A stretch of DNA of 63,121 nucleotides, filler included, from Nemertoderma westbladi (lineage: Eukaryota; Animalia; Xenacoelomorpha), in NCBI GenBank assembly GCA_032718475.1. It is 4 parts of 4 records of this genome, joined end to end, with 100 filler letters (N's around TTAATTAATTAA, not from the genome) between each part and the next. Parts side by side here need not be neighbours in the genome. Positions count along the whole stretch, not along the records: positions 1 to 30,905 come from JAUCBJ010005232.1; positions 31,006 to 49,449 come from JAUCBJ010006138.1; 2 more parts are not named here. One strand, given 5' to 3'. Below are positions 21,213 through 34,229 of the stretch, one piece after another. Every line of letters starts with the position of its first letter. The first letter of the stretch is position 1. Below the pieces are notes generated by a model. It worked only from the letters and a program-made list of their open reading frames with translations. It was not told where the DNA came from and searched no databases. The position numbers and the translations under genes are program-made.

Positions 21213-22678
21213 GTAAGTATAAATCTTACATACATGTTAGATAAAAAGTAAGTATAAATCTTACAAAAATGTTAGATAAAAATTAAGTATAAATCTTACA
21301 TACATGTTATATAAAAGTTAAGTATAAATCTTACATACATGTTAGATAAAAAGTAAGTATAAATCTTACGTACATGTTAGATAAAAAGTAAGTATAAATC
21401 TTACATACATGTTAGATAAAAAGTAAGTATAAATCTTACATACATGTTATATAAAAAGTAAGTATAAATCTTACATACATAAAACATACTTGTTATATAA
21501 AAAGTAAGTATAAATCATACATACATGTTATATAAAAAGTAAGTATAAATCTTATACTTGTTAGATAAAAAGTAAGTATAAATCTTACATACATGTTATA
21601 TAAAAAGTATTTATAAATCTTACATACATGTTATATAAAAAGTAAGTATAAATCTTACATACATGTTATATAAAAAGTAAGTATAAATCTTACATACATG
21701 TTATATAAAAGTTAAGTATAAATCTTACAGACATGTTATATAAAAATTAAGTATAAATCTTACAGACATGTTATATAAAAAGTAAGTATAAATCTTACAT
21801 ACATGTTATATAAAAAGAAGTATAAATCTTACATACATGTTATATAAAAATTAAGTATAAATCTTACATACATGTTATATAAAAGTTAAGTATAAATCTT
21901 ACAGACATGTTATATAAAAATTAAGTATAAATCTTACAGACATGTTATATAAAAAGTAAGTATAAATCTTACATACATGTTATATAAAAAGTAAGTATAA
22001 ATCTTACATACATGTTTTATAAAAACTAAGTATAAATCTTACAGACATGTTATATAAAAGTTACGTATAAATCTTACAGACATGTTATATAAAAATTAAG
22101 TATAAATCATACATACATGTTATATAAAAAGTAAGTATAAATCTTACATACATGTTATGTAAAAAGTAAGTATAAATCTTACATACATGTTTTATAAAAA
22201 CTAAGTATAAATCTTACAGACATGTTATATAAAAAGTAAGTATAAATCTTTCATACATGTTATATAAAAAGTATGTATAAATCTTACATACATTTATATA
22301 AAAAGTAAGTATAAATCTTACATACATGTTATATAAACAGTAAGTATAAATCTTACAGACATGTTATATAAAAAGTAAAAATAAATCTTACATACATGTT
22401 ATATAAAAAGTAAGTATAAATCTTACATACATGTTATATAAAAAGTATGTATAAATCTTACAAACATAAAACATACATGTTATATAAAAATTAAGTGTAT
22501 AAATCTTACATACATGTTATATAAAAAGTAAGTATAAATCTTACATACATGTTATATAAAAAGTAAGTATAAATCTTAAATACATGTTATATAAAAGAAA
22601 GTATAAATCTTACAGACATGTTATATGAAAAGTAAGAATAATTCTTACATACATGTTATATAAAAAGTAATTATAAAT
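21198..22678. repeat. 35-bp AT-rich minisatellite (ACATGTTATATAAAAAGTAAGTATAAATCTTACAT)
   Basis: About 40 tandem units with period 35. Confidence 0.97.
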
Positions 22679-22837
22679 CGTATCACTCTTGTTTTTCCTT
22701 ATAAAATTACTAATTTATAGTTTGGTTTTCTTAATAATATATTATATCAAACGAAGATCTATTATATAATTAGACTTAATAATTACTATAAAATATTCAA
22801 ATAGTTTTATGTCCCCTAAGTCCTCTAAGTACGTGTT

Positions 22838-23120
22838 GTGGGGCGAGCCACGAAAGTAAGCGACCTTATCATACGGGTACAACTATCTCAACCTATGTGT
22901 CTGTTAATCTGTAGATCTGTCGTTCTGTAGATCTGTATACTACTACTACTACTACTAGGTCGAGCGAGCTCGGACATAGATAGATCATAGGTAGATCTGT
23001 ATACCAATATTTAAACATTAATAACTCGGCCAATCCTCGATGAAATCTAACCAAGTTTATAAATTTTCCAAATAGAATTTACGTGTGGTCTACGAGAAGC
23101 TAAAATAAAAAGTAATTAAT
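22838..23120 (+). mobile_element. Dispersed non-autonomous repeat (Helentron/HINE-like architecture); second copy at about 60104-60330
   Basis: Shared ggggcgagccacgaaa...catacgggtac...microsatellite...aataactc-gccaa...tgaaatcta-ccaa...cgagaagctaa. Confidence 0.55.
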
Positions 23121-23208
23121 TAAGTGCTAAATATTTTGTGAATACATTAGGCAAAATAAAAAATGTGTGTGAACTTGATGCTCTCTCAGTGAATGGCTTT
23201 AATTGCAA

Positions 23209-23935
23209 GATGTGATGGTTCTTCTTGCCAAATGTGATGGCTCCTCTTGCCAAATGTGATGGCTCCTCTTGCCAAATGTGATGGATCTTTTTGCCAAATG
23301 TGATGGCTCCTCTTGCCAATTGTGATGGCTCTTCTTGCTAAAAGTGATGTCTCATCTTGCCAAATGTGATGGCTCCTCTTGTCAAATGTGATGGCTCCTC
23401 TTACCAAATGTGATGGCTCCTCTTGCCAAATGTGATTTCTCCTCTTGCCAAATCTGATGGCTCCTCTTGCCAAATGTGATGCCTCCTCTTGCCAAATGTG
23501 ATGGCTCCTCTTGCCAAATGTGATGTCTCCTCTTGCCAAATGTGATGTCTCATCTTGCCAAATGTGATGGTTCCTCTTGCCAAATGTGATGGCTCCTCTG
23601 GCCAAATGTGATGGCTCCTCTTGCCAAATGTGATGGCTCCTCTTGCCAAATGTGATGGCTCCTCTTCCCAAATGTGATGTCTCCTCTTGCCAAATGTGAT
23701 GTCTCATCTTGCCAAATGTGATGGCTCCTCTTGCCAAATGTGATGGCTCCTCTTGGCAAATGTGATGGCTCCTCTTGCCAAATGTGATGTCTCTTCTTGC
23801 CAAATGTGATGTCTCATCTTGCCAAATGTGAGGGCTCCTCTTGCCGAATGTGATGGCCCCTCTTGCCAAATGTGATGGCTCCTCTTGCCAAATGTGATGG
23901 CTCCTCTTGCCAAATGTGATGGCTCCTCTTGTCAA
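23209..23935. repeat. 22-bp minisatellite (AAATGTGATGGCTCCTCTTGCC)
   Basis: About 33 tandem units. Confidence 0.97.
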
Positions 23936-25067
23936 TGCAATGTGTGTAATGGTTTCAAGTTGAATTTTGGGAGCTTCCATTAAATATTTCAATGCTGGAA
24001 TGAACGTCTCCTGATGCTGACGGTAAAATGATCTGAAAATTTCGACATAACTTACTGCAAAATGCATTCATCAACTCTGAGAATTGGTTGAATGGAGTAG
24101 AACCATGGGTGATTGTACTGGAACCATCGTTGATTGAACTGGAAACGACGTTGATTGTACTGAAACCATTGCTATTGGAGTGGAAGCATTGTTGGCTGCT
24201 CATTCGAGGATATCTTTACAATATGGCTCATTTCCTATAATCACTTATATCTTATATCGGACTTATATCAGCAAACTCTTGATTTATCAAAGAGAATATG
24301 TTCTAATCTGATTAGAGAACCCTTTGTTGATTGTATAGAATTATTAATTTACTTGTAATAAAACTGTTTCTCTGAAATATATGCGATCTGTGCATTTATT
24401 ATTGTGCTTTTCTGCTGGTTGGTGCTGTAAGTGGCTGACTGTTGACTGGGTTGTCACAAACCGATTCGTATTTTTATATTGCAATTTTTCATATTAATTA
24501 ATTCTACTAATACTGTGACTGTTAATACTTACTATTTACATATAATATAATATAATATAATTAATTAATTAATTAATATATAATGTAGTAATAACAATTT
24601 TTAATTAATTATTATATTTTTATTATTATTAATTCATAATTAAACAAAATGTAATATACACACATATAAATATATATTTAAATAACTGAATAATGAAATA
24701 ATATGAAGGCCTAGTTAATGAAAACAACTATATCCTTTATTTATGTTTCTTCTTATTATTATTATTAAGAACAAGAGATAATAAAGTGGACGGCAGCACC
24801 ATCCTAGACACCAATGCTGCGCCAATATGTTCCGCTGGAGCGAAGGCAACTTGTTTACTTATTATTATGTATTATCCTATTAAATAACCAAATAAGAAAA
24901 TACATTATTAAATATCTATTAAATAAATATCAATAATGATTTGTAATATAGTGTTTTATCTTATCACGGGCCACGGGCTTGAAAATCGTACAATTACCCC
25001 CCCCCCCCCCCCCCCCTGGTACGAATTAACGTGTACCAGAGAAAATTCGGTATTAGGGGTAAAGTCG

Positions 25068-25155
25068 GTAGTAGTGGGTGCATTGAATTCATATCTTTCG
25101 TAGGTCGTGGGTTCGATCCTCCCCCCTTGCCTTGGCAGTTTTCGGCTTTTCGGCC
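25068..25155 (+). mobile_element. tRNA-derived SINE head (family also at 32970-33140 and 56565-56655)
   Basis: gtagtgggtgcattgaattca...gggttcgatcc...ggcagttttc, with A/B boxes shared with the other copies. Confidence 0.55.
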
Positions 25156-26459
25156 GAAGAATACTTTAACTTTTTTTACTACATATGAGACGGACGTTTC
25201 TAAAAATGCATCCCATCTAACCTTATCAACTTGTCTTAAACGAAGTGCAATTTAGTGTCAACTTAACATCATGTGAGGAAAAGATAATCTCATTTATGTT
25301 ATATTACGAAATGAATGTCTGACATCTGTATTGAGACTGTCAGACAGTTTATTTAACGCCCCGCAGGTTACTCCAAAATAAATGATGGAGAGCGGGTTCT
25401 TATCCCAATTACAATTCAACCTGCTCCACTCCGGGGGAAAATCGTAGCAAATAACAGCTGATTGCGAGCAGAATTTGAAATGTAACATGTTCTCCCTTAA
25501 TTGATAATTAACTTTGTTGATTTCATGGCCGAGATTGGATTCCCTACAGTGTCTCAAATCCTTAACCCACAGTGTCGGTTGCCACCTGAATGCCATCACT
25601 ACAGTCATATTATTTTTTACCACAAGGCTAGGTAAAGAAAGTTTAGAAAGGTAAAGACTCGTTTATATTATTCATATTCGTATAAGGGGGCAGCTGTGTT
25701 TGCAGATTGAGCTTGAAGTTGTTTATTGCACTCCAGGTTTTCGTAAATTAAAGAGAACAAGTCGCAATAAATATTATATCTTCTTGTATTAGTTTACTTA
25801 CGAACTGCTGTTTATTATACAAAATGTCGAGAAACGTCGTTATCAATTCTGCTGATGATAGCCTGTATAGTTTGTTCTTCAACTCGTTTCCATATTGGCT
25901 ATTCCATACGTTTACCATTATGTTGTGTATCCCAATTCTATTTTTGGTGTTGATATTATTAAATATAACGATTTTTACGTCGTCTTTGAGGTTATGAGAT
26001 TACGCCGCTGGTATGGAATGGGTAGCAACACACAGATGTTACTAATATATCTGGGTGCGGGAGTCATTATAATGGTTCATATTTATCGATTTAAGCAGTC
26101 GTTATCCAGTTGGTTGGAGATAAATATTATAAACAAACTACTAATAATAATAGTACTAACCTTTCGCATTATATTAATCCATTTCGAGAAGCCACATTAT
26201 ACGTTTAAATTTTATTAACTGGTGGAAATCTTGATAAAAAGTAAGCAGAAAACAAAGGTGAAATGGAGACTGCAAATTATTAAATGCGATATTTAAATTA
26301 CTGGGGCCTTTGAGTGTGATTTCCACTCCATTCAATCCTATCATTTTATATGTATATTATATATATGCATGTAAGGTAATCTATAATATCTACAACTTAG
26401 GGATAAAACCTAACCACAAATAACCGTAGAACCGAACTGAGACATGCACTTGTAAGCAT

Positions 26460-26705
26460 CATCAGTACAAGCAGTTTTACGCCTTTGCTCAAGAAGTAAA
26501 AACCATGTCATATCGAATCTACCTTTCTGGAATCCAACGCAAGGAATGTGTAGCCGTGGACGACTGGCTATGACATATATAGACCAACTTGAAAGAGATA
26601 CTGGAGTTGAGAGAAACGAAATTGCGACAACTATGGAGAATCGGGAAGCCTGGAATGATCTCATTTCCCCCTGTCTGACCTCGTTCGAACTAGTAGTAAT
26701 AGTTA
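26460..26705 (+). mobile_element. RTE-clade LINE 3' end remnant
   Basis: Reads VISNLPFWNPTQGMCSRGRLAMTYIDQLERDTG...MENREAW, followed by a tag-repeat tail. Confidence 0.75.
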
Positions 26706-26959
26706 ATTGATATCACATACAACTGCATGCTATTCCTTTCTGAAATGGTTTGCTATTTTTGTAAATTATTGTGGTTTCCATAATTTTGCAGTTTTTTTTT
26801 GAGAATCTGCACCGCATACAATGAGAGTACACGGCAAATATAGATAGGCCTATAATAATTGTAGTTATCACTTCATCAGTTTGAGATAAGAGCACTACTT
26901 ATTCAAACTTTGTCGGATCTGTTGATTTGAGACCAAGATTGTCAGCTATTGATTGAACC

Positions 26960-27500
26960 TAGCAACTTCCCAGTATCGACAAATTAGTGTAGACAATAGT
27001 GTTTTTCTGGTGAACATTCCTTTACTCACTCGAGCTGTAGAATTTCCATTAAGATAAAGTTGTTTGTACATACTATTTTGCATTACCAGCCTGTTATTTC
27101 TCTGATAAACTTTGCAGTCCTAAGTAGAATACTGAATGATAATTGGTGAATGTGTTCTGATCGAGATACTCTTCGCTATTGTTGAACTTTCCATAAAATC
27201 TTTCAAATATGGATTAACAGGTATATATAAATGGGAACGAAGTAAGCTAGGTTCGTACATCGATTCTCCCCCGTGGTTAATCGGGTTGATCAACATTGAA
27301 TTATATTAGAGCAACTATAGATTCATCAAAAACTCTTGCGGTAGTAGTCCTTTGAGTGGAGTAATTTATTTGGATTGGTACAGCGCAGTGGTGCCTTGAT
27401 TCTTGCCCCAAAGGAACGCACCTGCAACATCTATTATTATTTATCCCAATAATTGATCATCGATCGATTAAGACCAGTGCATGTGTCCGCCCAAGTGTTA
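26960..27500 (-). pseudogene. Very degraded LTR-retrotransposon (BEL-like) integrase remnant
   Basis: Minus strand gives scattered HLGG, CCRC, QRTTTARVFDESIV and WKF pieces in integrase order. Confidence 0.3.
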
Positions 27501-28299
27501 ATAGAAACCTAGGTAGTACCTAGTGTATAGTGGAGAGGCTGACCACAGAACTTTTGGCCCATTGTCCAATCTCAGTAGCACTCCAAACGCCTCATATATT
27601 AATTATTATTTATTTTTTATTATAGGTAGCTAGTATCTTTTAAGAGTAAAGTCCAATCTTGAATTTAGGTGTCAACTTAATACATCAAACTTACCTGCAA
27701 GAAGCAAGAACGGCTTCAAAGAAAATGTGTTATTTAAAGAGTCATTCATTTAAGCAAAGCCAGGAAATGACTTAGGCCAGCAGAAGGTCGATTATTTATG
27801 TTCAATTTATTTTCGCTTTGTGCGATTTTTTTGTTATATTAATGCCCCGTTTACTCAGTGTCCCTTTTAAGTGAGAGCATGCTGGCCTGTCATGGAAGGA
27901 TTTTGATTGTTAGTTAATTCTTATATACTGTGGATCGGTTAAAGCGAATATTCTATGTTTGGTAAAGGGTATTATGGACACACAGGAAGGGTAAGAAATG
28001 GGTTACCGAATGGGACTTCACCATTTTTCCCACCATTTTTCTCAATACCTTTTCTCAATCCCTTACGGATAGAAGTGATATAAGGGATTTACGTACGTAA
28101 AGTTAATTGAACGAGCTCCTCTATACAGTTGGTTTCCCAAATATATTATTTAGATTAAATAGATGACTATATTTATTTGGAATTAATCTACCATTCCTAA
28201 TTAATGTTAAGGAAACACCTGATACCGCATTATGTAGCTACCCATACTATATAGTAGAATCATGGAATCAGCATTTATTACGATTACAGCTCTTCGTTT

Positions 28300-28470
28300 T
28301 TCCAACACTCAATTCAACGGAATAATGTTTAAACAGTATAAGGGATCCTATTGAAAGGTTTCTATGTAAGGCTTATCGGATCCGCGATGAGATAATTCAT
28401 GCAATCAAATCGATGTATGATGGATCCACAATGTTTGTTTTTACAAAAGATAGCTATAGACCCACTTGAA
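28300..28470 (+). mobile_element. RTE-clade RT fragment
   Basis: KAYRIRDEIIHAIKSMYDGSTMFVFTKDS resembles the AYGIP..II.AI..MY segment of RTE RT. Confidence 0.5.
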
Positions 28471-29115
28471 TAAGTGACATGAGGTGTCATTCAATCGTTG
28501 ACAACACCCCCAAGTAAGTCTGCATCAATCTTTTGTAAAAACAAACGTTGTGGATCCATGTGGCGGATTTAGGGGTATGGCATTCCCCTTGGAAAACGCT
28601 GTAAATCTATTTTGTTACTCTCGATATCTTTATTCAGCAACACTAATTTTCAGTTCTTCTCATCAGTAACAGAATAAACCTAATCCTAAAAAGTTCCGCT
28701 CAAAACACTCGCGTTTGTTTTCATAACTTAAAGGGCATACTTATTGAAGTTGTTCTCTGATTACCAATCTGCCAATTACGTAGCATTTGACTGCATTTTA
28801 ACAACATATTTACCAACAGACAAGTTTAATTATTTTAAATTCTATTTTGTTGCAAATAATTTAGAAAATGATGACGTGGCTCGGTGCTAATTTTGTGCTA
28901 GGGTATGGCGTGAATTTTCACCTGGAGTGGCTCGAATTTATGATTTGTACGGCTGGAGATTCCAACTGAGATGGGGAGAGGGGGAGGGGGGGGGGGGGGG
29001 TAGGGTAGGTGGAGGGTGATAATTATTCTTCATGTATGTATATTATTAATAAAATATATTTATAAACAATTAATAACAATATTAATTTGTATTTAATGTT
29101 GTCAGTACCAAGAAT

Positions 29116-29352
29116 AAACAAGCAAACAGTCGGGCGAGACCAGAGAAGGTGACCCGAAGGCTTTCTTTTCATAGCTTCTAGCCTTCTACCTTAAGGTAGG
29201 GTTGGGTGCTTCACCTATCCTTTGTTTTGCTCCCAGGGTAATTCAACTGGTACTCATTTTATCGACCCCATGGGATGATAGGCTGAGTGGACCCTGACAG
29301 GGTTTGAACCTACAGCCTATTGATTGCCCTTGTGCTCAACCAACTGACAACC
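29116..29352 (-). mobile_element. tRNA-derived SINE with conserved central domain
   Basis: Minus strand: A-box-like, B box ggttcaaacc, then ggtccactcagcctatcatccc..ggggtcgataaaatgagtacc (a widespread metazoan SINE core) and a gaaagccttcgggtcacc tail. Confidence 0.7.
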
Positions 29353-30905
29353 ATAATTTCAGTATCAGTAAATATCACAATTATTCCTGTAACAGTATGC
29401 ATTGGAAATTGTGAATGTAATATTTATGATTGAAAATATATGTATATCATATAATATAATTCCATATCTCAATATTATTAATTTCTTGTATGTCATCATC
29501 GCATCGGCATTAAGTAATTCATAAGCTAAATATTTTTTTGTATTTAAAATTTAAATAATTTCTGGTCACATTATAAATGTTCATTCCAGGGAATGCACCT
29601 ACATTGGTCAAAATGTTTCTAAAATTTATATTTTCATTATAAAATAGCTATTTAGTTAAAACTAAAGATAATGTAATTTTATTGTAGGAAAAATTGTCTA
29701 TTATTCACAGGCACAGACCCGATCGCGTTAGAAATTACACTAAAAACGAGCCGTTTGATTTAATCGGTGCCGGATACGGAGCTATGCTATTCCTAAAAAA
29801 GACGGTTCGATACCAGATTGACTTATCGGAGAAACCTGATATTCTGTTTGAAACCAGGGTAAGGAAGGCATACTGTAGACCAGGTAGGTGGTATGTAGGC
29901 AGGATATCGAACTATTAATGAATGGAAAATATTGACTCTAAAATAAATTTTTAATTTTTTTTAACATTATTAAAAAACGCATGCTTGAATATCAAATTTG
30001 CGTATTTTAATTACAAATAATGTAGTGCTCATGCAGTAATAACCTGAATCAGGTCGGTTGTTTTCTCCTATTAAGACACTTTTATAAGTGTATTGAAGAA
30101 GTCAACAAACACTCTTTTAGTATCTCGACCTTCTCTCTTATTTATCCCTCTCCTCATTCGTTATATTAACACTTTTACTTCTTTGTATTTCAGACAGTTT
30201 TATTTAAACCAGATACATCTGGGGAAACCGATGAAGAAACTCATAATTCCAGCGATTCGGGCCGAAAGGTAAAGTTTTTATTGAGTTAAATATAATACAT
30301 ATAACATACATTATGTCTCATCAGGCTTAAGTTTCTGCTGTGAAATTTCGCGGTATAAATTAGATATTTTCAATTATTTATAAGTTATTTTATAGGTTTG
30401 TAATTTTCTTGGGTATGTATTATTTTATACAGGTTCGCACTGAGTTTCATATTCAATGGGAGAGAGCGGAGGTGATGGAGCTGCATGAAGTTTACACAAC
30501 AAGTCTGTGGACAACAGTGTCAGTCATTTGTACAGTAATGCTGACCTTACATCGAGCTTACACCTTATTGTCCAATATGGCCCAACAGGTATTCATTATG
30601 TTTTGAATTTCTTACGATAATAAACCGAATTTAGATCCTTTCTTCACATACCGAAAGCTGACAAGTTGACATAATGTAACAAAATTACATACATCGTTGT
30701 GTGCAAAGGTCACTTTTCATCCTTAAAGACCCTTGTTTATTTATGTAAACCTCCCTCGCTGCGCTCGCTCGCTACATAAATAAACACGGATCATAATGCG
30801 GCAAAGTGTTACTTTGCACACAATTATGTAAATAGTTATATTTTATGCTTATTTATTTGTTGCGATGAGGGAAATTAAAGTAAATATATAAAATTTGAGT
30901 TCGTA

Positions 30906-31005
30906 NNNNNNNNNNNNNNNNNNNNNNNNNNNNNNNNNNNNNNNNNNNNTTAATTAATTAANNNNNNNNNNNNNNNNNNNNNNNNNNNNNNNNNNNNNNN
31001 NNNNN
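30906..31005. other. Artificial contig spacer
   Basis: 44N + TTAATTAATTAA (six-frame stop linker) + 44N. Confidence 0.97.
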
Positions 31006-31442
31006 GTTTCGTTTTTTCAAATACGATCAAATTTTCGTTTTGTTTCATACATCTTAAATTTGTTTTTTGTCTCGTTTCGTTTTTTTTTAAATTTATTTAT
31101 TTTCTATTTTATAATTTTATACGATTACTGGATTACTGACTTCTTTATTTGACGACTTTCTAGACAACTTTATTTAACACCTTATTTGTCTTTCCAAATC
31201 AATCAAAGATTGAATATTCACTGTATTTCGGCCTAGGCCTATAAATAAATATATTTTTAAATTGTTTTCAATTGCGACGTTTTGTAGTTACTACTAGCTT
31301 TCTACACTCGGTCACCTGGGACCCTAGTGCTATAATCAAAAGTGCGAAACGCGAAATTACTACTTTAGTTAGTAATTAGTTTTAAACATTGTGGTAAACG
31401 ATACTAATTGTTTAAAATAATTAAACCAACTTGTAATTCTAG

Positions 31443-32576
31443 GGAGACAATATGTACAGTTGCGATAAATGCGCTAAACTCCGACACGGAATGAAGTTCT
31501 CCGCCCTTCTGGAGTTGCCGGAGATTCTCTGTATCCATCTGAAGCGATTCCGTCACGAGATATCCTACTCGGCCAAGATCGGGAGTTACGTGTCCTTCCC
31601 GCTAAGGGGCCTCGATCTGCGGCCGTACCTGGACGCGGGGGCGCCGACCGGCGGCACCACCGTGTACGACCTGGTGGCTGCGGTGTGCCACCACGGCACC
31701 GCCGGTGCGGGCCACTACGTGGCGTTGTGCCGCAACTGGAGTAACGGCCGGTGGTACGAGTTGGACGACGAGTACGTGACGGAGGTGTCAGAGTCGCACG
31801 TCGCCGGGGTCGAGGCCTACATCCTGTTCTACCGGAAGTCCAACGAATCCGCGGAACGGATGCGGAACCGGATTATCCGAGTGTCGGAGTCGGATTCACC
31901 GGAACCCGAGCTGCTTAAGTTCTATGTGTCACGGCAGTGGCTGCATCGGTTCAACACGTTCGTGGAGCCCGGCCCGATCAGTAACCTGGACTTCCTGTGT
32001 CCCCACGGCGGGTTCCCCGCGGTCACGGCTCGCTGTCTAGCCGCTGACCCCCTGGAGCTGGCCGCCCCGGTCTCCCAGACCGTCTGGGAGCATCTGTGTG
32101 CCGCCTACGGGGGCGGCCCGCCGGTGAACAATCTGCGGTCCTGTTCCGTTTGTCTGGAGGAGCGGACTCGGTTGGAACGACGGCGACAGAGTGAGTTGGA
32201 CCGGTTGGTGGAGCTGATGGATCGCTTCCAGACGGACGGGGTCGCGAGACGTCGGCGGGTCTATATCTCGATGGCTTGGTTCCGGGAGTGGGAGCAGTTC
32301 GCCAGGGGGCACTGCGTCGAGCCGCCCGGTCCGATAGACAACTCTGTGATCGCCGGGGGCCAGCGGGGCGACGTGTTCGCGTTGCGTAGAGACGCCCACG
32401 GTGCGGAGATATCGCAGGACGCGTGGAAGTTCCTACACGGGGTCTACGGGGGCGGTCCCTTGGTAACCAATGACATCATGGTTGGTATGGAGGCGGGGGA
32501 CAGAGAGTACGATGAGTCAGGAGACGAGATGCTAGGTAACCCGGCGATTGGTCGCAGTCAACTCAAATTCCTATGA
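31443..32576 (+). CDS. USP20: Ubiquitin-specific protease USP20/USP33 family, terminal exon (catalytic C-half and two DUSP domains)
   Basis: After acceptor ttctag: GDNMYSCDKC...LPEILCIHLKRFRHE...VCHHGTAGAGHYVALC...WYELDD...AYILFYRK, then two ISxxW...PGPIxN...YGGGP DUSP repeats. Confidence 0.93.
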   Translation, partial: GDNMYSCDKCAKLRHGMKFSALLELPEILCIHLKRFRHEISYSAKIGSYVSFPLRGLDLRPYLDAGAPTGGTTVYDLVAAVCHHGTAGAGHYVALCRNWSNGRWYELDDEYVTEVSESHVAGVEAYILFYRKSNESAERMRNRIIRVSESDSPEPELLKFYVSRQWLHRFNTFVEPGPISNLDFLCPHGGFPAVTARCLAADPLELAAPVSQTVWEHLCAAYGGGPPVNNLRSCSVCLEERTRLERRRQSELDRLVELMDRFQTDGVARRRRVYISMAWFREWEQFARGHCVEPPGPIDNSVIAGGQRGDVFALRRDAHGAEISQDAWKFLHGVYGGGPLVTNDIMVGMEAGDREYDESGDEMLGNPAIGRSQLKFL

Positions 32577-32969
32577 ACTACCCCATTGATAACCCCCCCC
32601 CCCCCCCCCATTTTTTCTCCCACATTGGTCTTTATATACCGATATTCTTTTTTTCGAAACTTCAACCTGATTTTAATTTATATTGCTTTAGGTTTCTCTT
32701 CACTTCTTTCTATATAAACTATGATCGGATATCGGGGGTCTATTTATTTGCCTAACAACAGCCCAATTGCCAAGTATAGCAACATGTTATGCCGACAGTT
32801 TATAAAATCTATGTCGGATAGGAAACTTAAAATATATTTGAAACGTAACAAAGTAATTGTGTTTTTGTAATTGTGTTTTTGTAATTGTGTTTTTTTCGTA
32901 TACTTACCAATTAGTTTAAGATACTTGTCAACACTTGGTAGTTGTAAAAAAAATAAACAAGTAAACTTT

Positions 32970-33140
32970 TATTCGGCAGTTAGAGCTACCACCTAAGGAT
33001 GCAAGTCAGAGATGCGCCCTATGGCTAGTCCCATCAAGCATTCGTGCCGAAACCAAAACTGCCCTGGCCCTCGTGCGGGGATCGAACCCTCGACCTCCAG
33101 AGTGATGTAAATTCAATGCAACCACTACACTAAGGTGGAG
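32970..33140 (-). mobile_element. tRNA-derived SINE
   Basis: Minus strand tccaccttagtgtagtggttgcattgaattt...gggttcgatccccgc...cagggcagtttt. The 3' part also recurs at 61127-61165. Confidence 0.7.
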
Positions 33141-34229
33141 TCTAACTAACCTATGTAACGAGGGAGAATTTACTGCCACCGTGTTTTTTTAAAGTGAATT
33201 CAGTCTTGATGGGTGAGACAGAGGGGGGGGGGGGGGGGGGGGGCTGGACGCAAATCCCATCTTGGCGAATTAATATCCCGCCTTAATGTTAAATTCTAAA
33301 TTTAGGGAAAGGAGCAGGTTATAGTGGCACGTTATTTTAACCAAAACAATAAACTAAACAAAATAGAACAGGTTACAGTTTTATTTTTGAAGTAATCAGC
33401 TGTTATTTGCGTCCAATTTCCCATAGAGAGGGATGAATTTTTCTTGAGTCCAGTCCCCCCCCCCCCCCCCCCCACCCCCCATCTGTGATGGGTATGTATA
33501 ACAGACTTTCAAAAAACTTTCACCTGATAATCAAACTAAAATGATCTCACCAACTGTTACATGCCTTAGTATTCGTATACAATTCACAACCGCCTTAATT
33601 TACATCTTGTTAAACCTTTTGTCGCTTTGAAGATTTTTTATGAAATGCATTAGGCCCATAAGTCGTTTTCAGATTTTGTCTGAGTCCGTATGTCAAAAGT
33701 ATAGCTCCCGTGCTCCACTGGTAACACAAGTCAAAAGTCATTTGTTAAAATATATAAGATGCGTCTCACATTTACTACATATTTCTACCCAAAGTAACCA
33801 ATCACAGGCCTTCATTCGGCATGCCATTAGTCATGAGTTGTGAGTTGATTATTGTAGATGGAATTATTATTATTATCAGATAGGGGGAAAACTGGACGCT
33901 ATAAAAATTCATCCCTCTCCAGGAGAAATTCGACGCAAATAACAGCTGATTACTCTCAAAAATTGAATTCCATGTCGTTTAAGGCTGAAGTATGGGGGTA
34001 CTTCCGTCCCATAAAAGGCCTATTCCGGCATGTTGAATTCCGGTTCCGGCCGGAATCAAAATATCGATTCCGGGACATCCCTACTGCGAACATTCTTTAC
34101 TTGCATCGTGAACATATCGATTTATGTTATAAACAGCCTCCGATAAATTCGATTGCCAATTCCCAGACAATTCAGACATATGAATCTAATACGATCTTTT
34201 AAAGTGTGGTGATTTCTTTCTATAACTCC

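Noticed and set aside
30193-30588. Two exon-like segments as upstream USP exons, or a selenoprotein (one frame has two TGA)
   Set aside because: Splice signals are plausible but the frame is ambiguous, there are no USP motifs, no SECIS was seen, and an artificial spacer separates them from the USP exon.
30950-30961. TTAATTAATTAA palindromes inside N runs (also 49494 and 57736)
   Set aside because: Synthetic six-frame-stop contig linker.
33065-33140. tRNA genes (also about 25070, 29300 and 56570)
   Set aside because: A/B boxes are present but there is no complete cloverleaf, and shared downstream bodies indicate SINE heads.
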